Source: Candidatus Aegiribacteria sp. (GTDB taxonomy: Bacteria; Fermentibacterota; Fermentibacteria; Fermentibacterales; JCC-6). Taken from it: DNA of 64,000 nucleotides. Below, one piece after another: positions 1 through 10,306 of this stretch (position 1 is the stretch's first letter; the number at the start of each line of letters is the position of its first letter). Location: assembly GCA_021108435.1 (NCBI GenBank), contig JAIOQY010000184.1:10211-74210 (forward strand), written 5' to 3'. The notes beneath the pieces are model-generated. The model was not told the DNA's origin. It made no database searches and saw nothing but the letters and a program-made list of their open reading frames with translations. The position numbers were made by a program, and so were the translations under genes.

Positions 1-1731
1 CTCAAGCTTTCGAAGAGCGGATTCTCTCAGATTTATCATACCCTTTGATAATGCGGCCTTTTCTATTTCAAGACTGTTGGCATCACCCTCGATCAGCTGT
101 CTTATTTCTTCATCGACGCTCATAACTTCAAAAATCCCTATCCTGCCCTTGAATCCGGTATTGTTGCAGTACGAACATCCTGTACCTTCGAACAGCTTAA
201 CATTTCGGAAACGTTCCGGATCAATCCCGGCGTCCGAAAGTACTTCATCAGGAATATGGATTTCAGTTTTACATTTAGAACAGATTTTCCTGATCAATCT
301 CTGGGAAGCGATACATGCCAGTGAAGTGCTGAGCATGAACGGTTCGGTTCCAATATCTATAAGCCTGTTAATTGTACTTGGAGCATCATTCGTATGAGTT
401 GTTGAAAGAACAAGATGCCCTGTCAATGCTGCTCTGATGGAAATCTCAGCTGTCTCCTTATCCCGGATTTCTCCAACCATGATAATATCGGGATCCTGTC
501 TGAGATAGGCTCTGAGAGCATTGGCGAATGTTAATCCAACATCGGAGTTCATCTGAACCTGGTTGATTCCTTTAAGATTGAACTCTACCGGGTTCTCAGC
601 GGTCATTATATTCACTTCGATATCATTCCGCTCGGTTAGAGCGGAATAGAGTGTTGTTGTTTTTCCGCATCCTGTGGGACCTGTAACAAGAACGATCCCG
701 AAAGGTCTTCTGATAGCCTTTCTGAATATTTTCAGGGGTTCTTCCTCGAAACCCAGTTTTTCCAGATCAAGAACGACCTTGGATCGATCAAGAAGCCTGA
801 CTTCGACTTTCTCCCCGAACAGAGTCGGAAGTGTTGCAAGCCGCAAATCAACAAATCTGTCTCCAACCAGGATCTTCTGCCGTCCATCCTGTGGAAGATG
901 ATGATCCGCGATATTCATGCCGCCAAGAATTTTCAACCTGCTGACCATAGCTGAACGGTATTTTCTGCTGGGACGCATTACTTCATGCAGGACACCGTCA
1001 ATTCTGAATCTAACCCTGATATACCGCTCGAATGGTTCAAAATGTATATCACTGGCTCCTCTGCGGACAGCATCAGCGATCAGACTGTTAATAAGTTTAA
1101 CTACGGGAGAATCAGATAGATCCAGAGCTATATCCTCCTCTTCGAATTCTTCCTCTTCCGTATCCTCGACGATCATTGACTCAAAGACTTCATCTCCCAC
1201 GAGCAGGTCAACACCTTCGATCCTTTCTTCATCAATATCTGTAATAGACGTATGAACCGAACTTCCAACTTTCGCACGGCTTTCATCAACAGGTACAAGC
1301 GCCTCTGAATTCTCATAATACTTTCCAAGCGCTCTTCGAATCATGCTGGACGCGGTTATATGTGGCTCAATATCCATCCCGAGCGAGAATCTAAGATCAT
1401 CAATCGCAAAAAGATTGTGAGGATCTGTCATGGCCACGATTAATTTTCTACCGACAATCTCAATAGGAATGACTTCATATCTGCGCGCAACATCACCGGA
1501 TATCAGGTGAATAATGTTTTCATCAATATCTATTTCATCAAGATTAGCGCTTTCAATATTCTGCTGTCGTGCCAGAAACTTATTGAGATCATTTTCTGAA
1601 ATGGCATTACTGCTCACCAGATAGTAGCCCAGTCTGGCGCCACCTTCATTCTGCTGATTGAGAGCATTTTCAAGCTGCTTATTTGATATCATCCCGGAAT
1701 CAAGAAGAATTTGACCAATTCTGATGTTCAT
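1..1731 (-). CDS. pilB: GspE/PilB-family type IV pilus (or T2SS) assembly ATPase; last few C-terminal residues cut by window edge
   Basis: Minus-strand frame is open from position 1 to the ATG at 1731-1729, which follows a GGAGG. It is absent from the ORF track because no stop lies in the window. Translation starts MNIRIGQILLDSGMISNKQLENAL (T2SSE_N/MshEN-type N-domain). Walker A VTGPTGCGKTTT lies near 652-690. Also has the GEIRD box and a tetracysteine CSKC...CSYC motif. Confidence 0.9.
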   Translation of the reverse strand, partial: MNIRIGQILLDSGMISNKQLENALNQQNEGGARLGYYLVSSNAISENDLNKFLARQQNIESANLDEIDIDENIIHLISGDVARRYEVIPIEIVGRKLIVAMTDPHNLFAIDDLRFSLGMDIEPHITASSMIRRALGKYYENSEALVPVDESRAKVGSSVHTSITDIDEERIEGVDLLVGDEVFESMIVEDTEEEEFEEEDIALDLSDSPVVKLINSLIADAVRRGASDIHFEPFERYIRVRFRIDGVLHEVMRPSRKYRSAMVSRLKILGGMNIADHHLPQDGRQKILVGDRFVDLRLATLPTLFGEKVEVRLLDRSKVVLDLEKLGFEEEPLKIFRKAIRRPFGIVLVTGPTGCGKTTTLYSALTERNDIEVNIMTAENPVEFNLKGINQVQMNSDVGLTFANALRAYLRQDPDIIMVGEIRDKETAEISIRAALTGHLVLSTTHTNDAPSTINRLIDIGTEPFMLSTSLACIASQRLIRKICSKCKTEIHIPDEVLSDAGIDPERFRNVKLFEGTGCSYCNNTGFKGRIGIFEVMSVDEEIRQLIEGDANSLEIEKAALSKGMINLRESALRKLE

Positions 1732-1952
1732 CAAGCCTCCGATACTATCCAGACAGATGATTTCCTTCGAGGTAATGAAAGGAGCCAATCACCTTCTGTC
1801 CAAATTCAATTTCATACCGTTCAAATCATAATTCCAGACAATGAAAAGCATATATAGAAAAAGCGTGATTGACCAGAGGGATTTTTTACTTGAAATATCA
1901 TAAGCATTCCGGCCAACTGATTGAAGTGTGTATCAGGACGAAGCAAATACCG

Positions 1953-4900
1953 TCAGAAATTGATAATAACCCAGATATTCATTCCGATATCCCGCTGATT
2001 GTACTGGGAATTAACTCTGTCGGTCTTCCATCCGTAAATTCCTGTCAATCCGGCGGTGACAGAACCGAAATCGTAGTTAATGGCGGGTTCAATTCTCCAT
2101 TCTTCCCTGTCGGATTGAAGCTGGTTTCCATAACCGCTGCTTATAAGTTCGCTTGTGGTTCTGGATCTGGTGAGGCTCAGACTAGTCGTGAGATCACTCT
2201 GAAAACTTATGCGAAGCTTGTCAAGAAGAGGAAGAGGAATCGCAAATCCTCCCGGAGCGCTGAATGAATACTGTACTCTGAATTGTAAGCTGTTGTTATT
2301 GCTTCTTGTTTCCGTCTGTGTGCCTGTATAGTTCTTCGAGACAGTATTTGTCAGATTGTCACTGATCGTAATTTGAATATCGTTCTTAAGAGTCACGTTT
2401 ATACTGAGCAGAGGAGACCAGCGTGTTGAAGTCGTTTTCGTAGTTGGAATATATATATCACTTTCATATCTGCCGCTTTCAGTAGTCTCGATCTTGTATC
2501 CTGAACTCACTGTCCCGTTTCTCAGGAAATCCCTTAAACCGGCCAGCCCGTTCAATCCTGACCAGGATAATATTACGGATGGCCAGGTTTTTGATCTCTG
2601 ATTATTCCAGAATCCGGAATACATCGTTTTTGAGTCAGAAGATCTGTACTCCAGGCGCACCGACATTGAAGATACAGGTCTGAAACCTCCTGTTATCTGG
2701 AGGTTCCATCCCTCTGTCCTGTCCCAGGGCGTGATATCATCCAGAACAGGATTCAGACCGGTCTGATACCGCCATCCTGGAAGGAAATCCATATCTCTGT
2801 ATTCGCTTCCCTCCGTTTCTGAATAAACAATATTTGGATCAGTTATCAGGTTGGCCCATCGTTCCAGTTTCATGAGGAACCACCGGGGACTTCCGGGTTC
2901 GGCTTCTTCATCCAATCTTTCATCTCTCAACCTTGCCAGGCTTCTGATTGTATGGACAAGACCAATTCGGACATTGATCCTTCGAGTTGATGAAACTGAG
3001 AACTTCGGCAATCCAAGTGTATCAGCCCCGGATGTCGTATGAGGAGCCAGCCTTGATGCGTGATAGTTAACATCGTAGGAAAACCTGGGTTTAAGATAAT
3101 TGAAAAGATTGATATCCTGAGAAATACTGATATTCTGATTTCTGGAAATCTCCCGCCCGATATTCACACCGATATTGCCTTCCCAGGGATAGAGAAGATC
3201 CCGCAGAAGCGAAAGAGAACCGCTGGCTGAAAAACCTTTCCAGACATTAAAAGTGAGTGTACCGCTTGATGAGAGGGTTGATACCGTAGTAGCTCTTGTC
3301 TGAACACTATCACCGTTTGCGAAGCTCCATCGTGTATCCCAGCTGTTATGTCTGGATAATGACCAGGCGACTCTTGTTGGTCGAAGTCTGAAAAATTCAA
3401 TGATCGGCAGACTGAGCAGCTGCATTCTGCCGGGTGCAAGATCGTAAGACAGTGTTCCCTCAGCAGTACTGGCAGTATCTCGATACGTAGGAGACATTCC
3501 ATAATTTCTGGAGTAAGTATGGATAAACCTGAATGGATCTATCAGATATCTGCCTGGCCATTCCTCCGCCCTGCTGTTTTTCCTCCACTGGAATCCGGTA
3601 CTCCATCTCCTGGTCTGAGTTCTTTCATCCCAGGATTCATCATCATCAAGTCTTAGATCAGATCCTGATTGAAATCGAGGCCTGGATATATCCATAGACC
3701 ATGAATAATTCGCAGGAATGGAAAGCGACCACAGTGGAGGAGTGAAGCGATCCAGATGGAGAGTAGCGAGAGCATCGTAGCTGGTCGTCGTAAACCCCTG
3801 CCCGGACCTGCTTCCAAGACCGTGGAAATCGGAATCTACTTCTCTGTAATCACCACTGAGTGACAGGAGATCAGCCAAATCGACACTTGCTGTAATTCTG
3901 TGTGCGGTTCCGGTATTATCCCACGGCTGGTGAAGCGTGATATCATCGATCCAAACCATTGTATTCAGAAATTCTCTTGTTTCGCTCTGAAGCCCAAGTG
4001 ACATTTCCATGATCTTCGCAAGATTGGGGGAGCCTTTTACAGCAAGGTCACCCTCGCTGAGATAATCAAGGCGCAATTCATCTTTTTGGATCTTGAGATC
4101 CACCAGATCATCAAGATATATCTCGATAATCTGCCATCCATCCTCAACATCAACTGCGATCTCATAATAATTCAGGCTGTCAGTGCCGAGTCTGTATACT
4201 AATTCGGATTCACTTCTTTCCTCTCCGTGCACAAGGAACCTGATCTGCTTATAAGCTGTGAAATCTTCGCTGCTGTAGAAGCTCTGAGTCGCGATTCCGA
4301 TATGCCCCAGCCTGATATCAACTGCCTGAAGGGACAGGGACTGCTCCAGCCTGCGGTCGCCATATTCATCATCCCCGTGATCTACTGAGGGTGGCGGATC
4401 GTTTGCATAGTCAGGATTGTCCTTATTGTTCACCGTTGAGACAAACAGCTTTTCTGATTCGAATACAGGGGTTCCGGATGTATCGGAGAGAATTACTCCT
4501 ATCTCTTCCCAGCGATTTCCGATTATCGAGAAATCGTATATCTGAACGGTATCCACGGCTGTAAATCCATCCATCCAGATTCGGGCATAACTGATTTTCT
4601 CCCATGTTGGTGTACCTGATACAAGATCGGGAATTGAAACGAGAGAAGTGTCTCCCAGCGGGATCTCCAGAAGCATCCAGCCGTGTTCATTCGGTCCTGA
4701 TATGATATACTCTTCGTCATCAAGAGGAATTCTGATCCGGAAAAATGAATTTGACCTGTCCAGAATACCGTTGGTGTTGAGATCCTCAGTATCCAGACTG
4801 TTGTTACCCTGCGTACCGTTTACACTGGTATATCTTTCAGAAGGTGGATCGTTTCCATCGTAATAGTAGTTGTCCCTGTTGGGATCACCCCCCTCTGGGG

Positions 4901-7547
4901 GATTCTCCTCATCATCCCATAGAATATCCAGACCGGTATCCTCATCATTGGCAAGAATTCCGTCCCGGTTCAAATCCTCCGTATCAAGTTCACCGTTTGC
5001 TCTTCTCGCCAGTTCTCCGGCTGTTCTTTCAAGCCAGTAGGAGTCCTCATCTATTCTTTCCCCGAGGTCCAGACAGATGTTCGCGTTCGCTGCATCACCT
5101 GTGAATCTGACATACAGCCTGATATGCGTCTTACGGGAGAAATCGATTCCGTACTTGTCAACGCAGCGCATCACTCCGCCCCAGGAGTTCGGATTATAAT
5201 TTTCGGGCTGGAAGAATAATTCCAGAACATTGTTCACATAGTTATCCGCCTCGTTACCGGTTGCGCTGGATACAATTTCACCGAGCTTCCACCTTCTGTA
5301 TGTGTTGTACCATCGAAGAACTCCAGCAGGATGAATCAGTGAGGAAACATCCAGTGGCATGCTGGAGAGATGCCATGCAGCTCGGCTCTGGCCCAGGGGA
5401 AATGATGATTCTGCACCTTCCATATCATCAATGTAAGCTACACCATTTACATTCGGATTCGGAAAGCTCATGGCAATCTCTCCGGATAGAGTAGCGTTGC
5501 TTTCCGCTTCAGTGTTTATTCCGGGTATGATATTCGCGAAATCAGTCAGGAATCCTGGTTTTACTTCAAAATGGGCATCCACATCAGCAACCAGGGTTCT
5601 TGTCGACTCCTCCCCTATCCTTGGTCTGTCCCCCGGAGTACTGGCGCTTTCGAACATCACCGTTGCTCCAAGCCAGGAGTCTGATCCGATACCGTATACA
5701 GCTCGTGTTCCAACAAGGGTTTTCTTCTGAGACGCGAAAAGAGGGATGTATTCGTATGTAACACGCAGAACATTACTCGGATTCTGTGCGTCCTCCGCTG
5801 CCTCACCCATTAAAGTGAGGAGTCCGATTTCATATATGATCGTATAATCAACGTCTTTAACAAGTGTTCTGGCAATTCCCGCGACGGTCAGGGTTACCGT
5901 TTCACTGCCTGGAATAATCCCCATATGCCCCAGAGAGTAAGTGGTTGACGCCGCCCTGTAACCTACTTCGATAAAGTACTTGCTCTGCGCCGGAAGAGGA
6001 TTGTTTTCCTCATAAATAGCCGGATTCTTCTCTTCAAGAACAGAACTGTCGAAAGGCCTTGTATCGGGAAACACAAGGAACCCGTTATCCCAGTCAACCG
6101 CATTTTCCTCATCTGCCAGTGATCCGTCACCGTTTGTATCAAGATCAAGAAGCTCGATGAAAGACACGCCTCCCTGAGTCTGGACTGGATCTTCTCCGGA
6201 TCTTGTCAGGTAGATGTTACAGTTAAAACTCTCCTGCACGATATTGTTCGCTCCAAGAAAATACCTGTTCCGAAGCTCGTAATCCCATGTGAGATCAGTA
6301 GGCAGAGGATTGCTCTCCTTTATAAGCTTCAGATTCCAGTCGGTTCCGGTTCCAACATTTCCTATCGTATCTCCGGCTGTCGTAACCATCCAGATGGCCA
6401 GCATATAGTTATTATCTACAGGACTGGTGAAGCGTATTACTGTGGAATCAATCAGAACATAGTCCAGATCCGGTCCGGCTATCAGTTCATCCCAGTATCC
6501 TCCGGTATAGGTTTCTCCTCCTTCTATGTAATAGGCACTCTCCACTGCTCCGGTTTCCTCATTATTATTACCGTTAAGATCATCCTGAAATATCCTTATA
6601 GAAGCAATCTGTGGCTGAGGAAGAGAATCCGGTGATGTGAGAAAGAAGTAATTATTCGCGGGATGAATATCCAGAATGCTGTCAGCAACCAGTGTTGCCT
6701 GACCTACGAATTCAGAAGATTCAGTTGATCCAGCCTGCCTGCTCGCAATTGTTGTGATTTCCACAGGCCCCACCTGCGCGATGATCTTGGCGCCGAACAG
6801 ACCCTGATGCGGAATACTGTATGAGACAAATTCCGGGCCGGTTATGGAGAGACTGACATCACCCATATCGATTCTCTGAATAATCTCGTCTTCGTATCCT
6901 TCGTACCTGAGACTGAGGCTGCTCTGAGGCCCCATTCTCCTCTCGCTGTCGTGATCAACATCTACATGAATCTTCTCGCCAATCGTGCCTTCAAGCTGGA
7001 CTCTGAGCTGCTGCTCCATCTTGAGATCCGGGAACAATGACTGGCTCTGACCTTCCTGCTCAACCGCATTCGGCCTGTAATGAGTTATACCTGAGAGTGT
7101 GATTTTCTGATACCCGCTGATATCAATCTGCCCGCCCTCTCCAATTGCTCCGGCAAGTATCGGAGGCATATCGATCGGCAAGTAGATTGTCGGCACCAGA
7201 GATCCCTGCTCTCTGGTGGTCCTCAGGCAGGAGTTCCTGTTCACGCTCAGCCAGCTTCTCCGAAGAGACCACTCGATTGTTCGATCATTAATCTCGTCAA
7301 GCGGGAAACAGCCCAGACGGGATACGGGGATATCTCCGTAGAAAAGACGCCATGTAAGATAATCGCTCCTGAGTGAAGGCAGAAAACGCCATGAAACGCC
7401 AGGTTCTATAAGTACATGGCGGGATCGCTCAGTTTCCCATGGATACCGTGGAATGAGTTCAGGTGCACGAATGCCCACTGCCGAAACAGCAGAAACAGCA
7501 AGCACCAGCAAAAAAAGGTATGGTAGAAGTGTAGTTTTTATTTTCAT
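1953..7547 (-). CDS. sprA: SprA-like T9SS translocon / giant outer-membrane beta-barrel protein (1864 aa)
   Basis: Signal peptide MKIKTTLLPYLFLLVLAVSAVSAV. The block LRYEGYEDEIIQRIDMGDVSLSITG...GLFGAKIIAQVGPVEITTIASRQAGSTES matches the conserved SprA N-terminal signature as I recall it (G.EDEII..IE.GNVS...LFG.K..FG). Long beta-rich C-terminal region ending in ...NIWVIINF (terminal Phe). From motif recall only. Confidence 0.7.
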   Translation of the reverse strand: MKIKTTLLPYLFLLVLAVSAVSAVGIRAPELIPRYPWETERSRHVLIEPGVSWRFLPSLRSDYLTWRLFYGDIPVSRLGCFPLDEINDRTIEWSLRRSWLSVNRNSCLRTTREQGSLVPTIYLPIDMPPILAGAIGEGGQIDISGYQKITLSGITHYRPNAVEQEGQSQSLFPDLKMEQQLRVQLEGTIGEKIHVDVDHDSERRMGPQSSLSLRYEGYEDEIIQRIDMGDVSLSITGPEFVSYSIPHQGLFGAKIIAQVGPVEITTIASRQAGSTESSEFVGQATLVADSILDIHPANNYFFLTSPDSLPQPQIASIRIFQDDLNGNNNEETGAVESAYYIEGGETYTGGYWDELIAGPDLDYVLIDSTVIRFTSPVDNNYMLAIWMVTTAGDTIGNVGTGTDWNLKLIKESNPLPTDLTWDYELRNRYFLGANNIVQESFNCNIYLTRSGEDPVQTQGGVSFIELLDLDTNGDGSLADEENAVDWDNGFLVFPDTRPFDSSVLEEKNPAIYEENNPLPAQSKYFIEVGYRAASTTYSLGHMGIIPGSETVTLTVAGIARTLVKDVDYTIIYEIGLLTLMGEAAEDAQNPSNVLRVTYEYIPLFASQKKTLVGTRAVYGIGSDSWLGATVMFESASTPGDRPRIGEESTRTLVADVDAHFEVKPGFLTDFANIIPGINTEAESNATLSGEIAMSFPNPNVNGVAYIDDMEGAESSFPLGQSRAAWHLSSMPLDVSSLIHPAGVLRWYNTYRRWKLGEIVSSATGNEADNYVNNVLELFFQPENYNPNSWGGVMRCVDKYGIDFSRKTHIRLYVRFTGDAANANICLDLGERIDEDSYWLERTAGELARRANGELDTEDLNRDGILANDEDTGLDILWDDEENPPEGGDPNRDNYYYDGNDPPSERYTSVNGTQGNNSLDTEDLNTNGILDRSNSFFRIRIPLDDEEYIISGPNEHGWMLLEIPLGDTSLVSIPDLVSGTPTWEKISYARIWMDGFTAVDTVQIYDFSIIGNRWEEIGVILSDTSGTPVFESEKLFVSTVNNKDNPDYANDPPPSVDHGDDEYGDRRLEQSLSLQAVDIRLGHIGIATQSFYSSEDFTAYKQIRFLVHGEERSESELVYRLGTDSLNYYEIAVDVEDGWQIIEIYLDDLVDLKIQKDELRLDYLSEGDLAVKGSPNLAKIMEMSLGLQSETREFLNTMVWIDDITLHQPWDNTGTAHRITASVDLADLLSLSGDYREVDSDFHGLGSRSGQGFTTTSYDALATLHLDRFTPPLWSLSIPANYSWSMDISRPRFQSGSDLRLDDDESWDERTQTRRWSTGFQWRKNSRAEEWPGRYLIDPFRFIHTYSRNYGMSPTYRDTASTAEGTLSYDLAPGRMQLLSLPIIEFFRLRPTRVAWSLSRHNSWDTRWSFANGDSVQTRATTVSTLSSSGTLTFNVWKGFSASGSLSLLRDLLYPWEGNIGVNIGREISRNQNISISQDINLFNYLKPRFSYDVNYHASRLAPHTTSGADTLGLPKFSVSSTRRINVRIGLVHTIRSLARLRDERLDEEAEPGSPRWFLMKLERWANLITDPNIVYSETEGSEYRDMDFLPGWRYQTGLNPVLDDITPWDRTEGWNLQITGGFRPVSSMSVRLEYRSSDSKTMYSGFWNNQRSKTWPSVILSWSGLNGLAGLRDFLRNGTVSSGYKIETTESGRYESDIYIPTTKTTSTRWSPLLSINVTLKNDIQITISDNLTNTVSKNYTGTQTETRSNNNSLQFRVQYSFSAPGGFAIPLPLLDKLRISFQSDLTTSLSLTRSRTTSELISSGYGNQLQSDREEWRIEPAINYDFGSVTAGLTGIYGWKTDRVNSQYNQRDIGMNIWVIINF

Positions 7548-7592
7548 CTCTGGGTTCTAGTCTCCGGCCAGATCAGGGTTCCCATTTGCGTG

Positions 7593-7620
7593 TTGAAAGA
7601 ACTGAACCAATCAGTATAAT
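7593..7620 (+). promoter_or_regulatory. candidate sigma70-type promoter for the lptF/G-like pair
   Basis: TTGAAA (7593-7598), 16-nt spacer, then TATAAT (7615-7620), about 45 nt upstream of the ATG at 7665. Lies in the divergent intergenic region with sprA. Confidence 0.3.
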
Positions 7621-7664
7621 TGTCGTGTTGTCAAATATTCCCGAAGGCCTATAATGAGATGTAT

Positions 7665-9071
7665 ATGAAAAAGCTGCAAGTTTACACTTTACGGGAGTTT
7701 TTTTCTCCCTTTCTGATATCAGCGGGCATATTCACTTTCGTGATGCTGCTTGATAAGCTTCTCGACCTTCTTGATATGATAGTCAGCAAGGGTGTACCTG
7801 TCCGAACGGTTGTCGAAGTATTTTTGCTGCTCCTTCCCTCGATGGTAGCCGTTGTAGTACCGATGGGAGTTCTTGCGGGCGTTCTGATGGCTGTGGGCCG
7901 TATGGAATCTGATCTGGAAGTAACCGCGATGAAAGCTTCCGGCATCAGCATATTCACCTTACTGAAACCTTTGATGCTTGCCGCTCTGATCCTGTCTGCT
8001 GTAATGGTTCTTTTCAATAACTACGTCCTTCCTGACGCGAATCACCTGGCCAAGAATCTGCTCCTTGATATCGGCACCATGCGTCCGGCCGCCAAGATCA
8101 TCCCCGGTATGTTCGTCGACGATATCGACAATTACAGAATAATCGTCAGTGACAAGGATGATCTGACTGGTGACCTGGAAAATGTAGTGATACATGAACG
8201 GATACCGGGTACTAACGGAAGAACAATCACAGCGCTGAAAGGCCGTATGGAACCGGTATCCGCAAATCGATTCTGCCTGGTACTCACTGATGGTCAGATG
8301 CACGAACTGTCAGAAACAGGAGAGTACAGAAAACTCGATTTTTTGACCTACACTGTCGAGATAACACGCTCGGAAGAACTCATCAGACAGAACAGGAACA
8401 ACAGAGGCGATAGAGAGTTGTCGGCATCCCAGATGAGATCTCTTGTAGATTCGCTTGAAAAGCAGTCAACCGCTCTGACGGATTCACTGTGTATCACCGG
8501 AAGCGAGCCTCTCCTGACGCTTCTCACTGATTCCACGATAACATCAGGAAGGGGTGGAATATTTCCTCCTCCTGACAGTCTGGATGAACGTACAAGGTTC
8601 AATATTGCCAGAAACTACTTTATCCAGCATGCATCCAATCTGAGAATATTGGTTGACAGGAAAGCCTCGGTCCAGAGAAGTATCAGCCGATACCGGGTGG
8701 AAATAGAAAAGAAATACTCAATTCCTTTCGCATGCCTGGTTTTTGTACTGCTCGGTGTACCGCTGGGTCTCTCCACCCGCAAGGGGAGCGCGGGTATCGC
8801 GCTTGGAGTCAGCCTGCTCGTGATTCTTGTCTACTATCTCTTTCTTATCGCGGGTGAGCATCTCGCTGATAGAGGCATGATGCCGCCTTTCCTTTCGATG
8901 TGGCTGCCGAACATAATACTCACCGCGCTTGGAATCGTACTGACGGTGAGAAGCCTTCATGAAGGTAATCCGCTTCCAATCGAAAGAGCCGTCTCTGGAA
9001 TGGTGGCCTTCGTTAAAAGATTCCACCGAAACGGCATCGGCAAATCCAGTCAGAGCGGAGCAGATCAATGA
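7665..9071 (+). CDS. LptF/LptG-family LPS export permease
   Basis: MKKLQVYTLREFFSPFLISAGIFTFVMLLDKLLDLLDMIV is a typical YjgP/YjgQ N-terminus. Three TM helices, a large periplasmic insert, then three more TM helices. The track start at 7620 is a TTG extension, so I prefer the ATG at 7665. Confidence 0.8.
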   Translation: MKKLQVYTLREFFSPFLISAGIFTFVMLLDKLLDLLDMIVSKGVPVRTVVEVFLLLLPSMVAVVVPMGVLAGVLMAVGRMESDLEVTAMKASGISIFTLLKPLMLAALILSAVMVLFNNYVLPDANHLAKNLLLDIGTMRPAAKIIPGMFVDDIDNYRIIVSDKDDLTGDLENVVIHERIPGTNGRTITALKGRMEPVSANRFCLVLTDGQMHELSETGEYRKLDFLTYTVEITRSEELIRQNRNNRGDRELSASQMRSLVDSLEKQSTALTDSLCITGSEPLLTLLTDSTITSGRGGIFPPPDSLDERTRFNIARNYFIQHASNLRILVDRKASVQRSISRYRVEIEKKYSIPFACLVFVLLGVPLGLSTRKGSAGIALGVSLLVILVYYLFLIAGEHLADRGMMPPFLSMWLPNIILTALGIVLTVRSLHEGNPLPIERAVSGMVAFVKRFHRNGIGKSSQSGADQ

Positions 9072-10159
9072 ATGCGCGAAAACTGGATATATATCTTGCT
9101 TCGAGATTCATGAAGATGATTGTTGTTGCAGTATCTTCCTTTGTCGTGATCTTTGTCAGTGTTGATGCTTTCGATCATTTCACCAGATGGGTGGACAAGG
9201 ATGTGTCTCCAGGGATTTTCCTGGAATATTACTTCTATGGTCTGCCTTACATCATCGTGCTTGTACTTCCCGTTGCGGTTCTTCTCAGTTCCCTCTTTCT
9301 GATTTCATCGCTTTCCCGAAGAAACGAACTGGTAGCCATGCGTGCCGCGGGTATCAGCATTCCCAGAATTTTCCTTCCCCTGTTTCTGGTCGGCGCTCTC
9401 GCATCTCTGTTCGAGCTCGGAGTAGGAGATTTCATAGTTTCCAACGCCATCTATCAGCAGAGCCAGGTTAAGCGAGTGCAGATAGATGGACAGGAACCGA
9501 TAAATTACGCCAGAAGGAGCGGATTTGCGCACAGGTCTCCAAATGGAGCAATTTTCGACATAGGTTTCTTCAACGGTGAAACCGATATACTCACTGATGT
9601 AACAATTGAGTGGTTCGATGACAGCTCCAGAATCACCCGGCGGCTTGATCTGGACAGAATGATCTGGTGTGACACACTCTGGACAGGAATAGGAACTGTT
9701 GACAGAGTTTTCGGTCCATCCGGAGCCCTTGTCCACACTACTTCGGATTCTCTCCCGCTTCCCGGAATCACTGAAACTCCAGAAGATTTCGGATCAAGAC
9801 AGAAGGCTCCTCAGGAAATGAATTTCGTTGAACTGTGGAACTATATCCAGAGGGTGAATGCGGCAGGCGGTGATTCCAGAGGTGATATGGTGGAATTCTA
9901 CCTGAAGATCCTTTTTCCATTATCAAATCTGATCATGGTAATGGTTGGCGCGCCGCTTGCGCTGAGGAATCCGCGAAGCGGTAAAGCGTCCAGTATCGGA
10001 CTTGCAATTCTACTTGCGTTCATCTTCTTCTCGCTGCTCCGTTTCGGCCAGACTCTCGGACATAAGGGAGCGCTTCCTCCTCTTCTAGCGGCAAGCATAG
10101 CTGAGATAGTCTTTATCGCACTTGGATTATTCCTCCTTACGCGGGCATCAAGAGCATAA
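9068..10159 (+). CDS. LptF/LptG-family LPS export permease (second subunit)
   Basis: ATGA start/stop overlap with the upstream gene. MNARKLDIYLASRFMKMIVVAVSSFVVIFVSVD... has the same YjgP/YjgQ topology. Paired arrangement as in lptFG. Confidence 0.8.
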   Translation: MNARKLDIYLASRFMKMIVVAVSSFVVIFVSVDAFDHFTRWVDKDVSPGIFLEYYFYGLPYIIVLVLPVAVLLSSLFLISSLSRRNELVAMRAAGISIPRIFLPLFLVGALASLFELGVGDFIVSNAIYQQSQVKRVQIDGQEPINYARRSGFAHRSPNGAIFDIGFFNGETDILTDVTIEWFDDSSRITRRLDLDRMIWCDTLWTGIGTVDRVFGPSGALVHTTSDSLPLPGITETPEDFGSRQKAPQEMNFVELWNYIQRVNAAGGDSRGDMVEFYLKILFPLSNLIMVMVGAPLALRNPRSGKASSIGLAILLAFIFFSLLRFGQTLGHKGALPPLLAASIAEIVFIALGLFLLTRASRA

Positions 10160-10306
10160 CCTCTTAATTACTATACATATAGTGAGTTAACGTATTTTTT
10201 CTCATGAACACTTGCTTATTGGCACTTCGAAGTTGCATATTTTCACCTGTTCGTACTCATTCGACAATCATACATACGGTGCTTCACTCAATTCAGGGAG
10301 GCTGAA

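Noticed and set aside
77-1255. Three + strand ORFs (106, 75 and 112 aa), Ser-rich
   Set aside because: They lie antisense to the clearly recognisable pilB/gspE gene. Low-complexity composition, no motifs. Shadow ORFs.
7620-7664. TTG-initiated N-terminal extension of the LptF/G-like ORF (MSCCQIFPKAYNEMY)
   Set aside because: It overlaps the predicted -10 box, and the family N-terminus starts at MKKLQVY.
10160-10200. AT-rich palindrome ACTATACATATAGT followed by a T-run after the second lpt gene, as an intrinsic terminator
   Set aside because: The stem is only 6 A-T-rich base pairs. Too weak to call without energy calculation.
10219-10238. TTGGCACTTCGAAGTTGCAT upstream of serC, looks like a sigma54 promoter
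   Set aside because: GG and GC are separated by 12 nt rather than the required 10, and serC has no known RpoN link.
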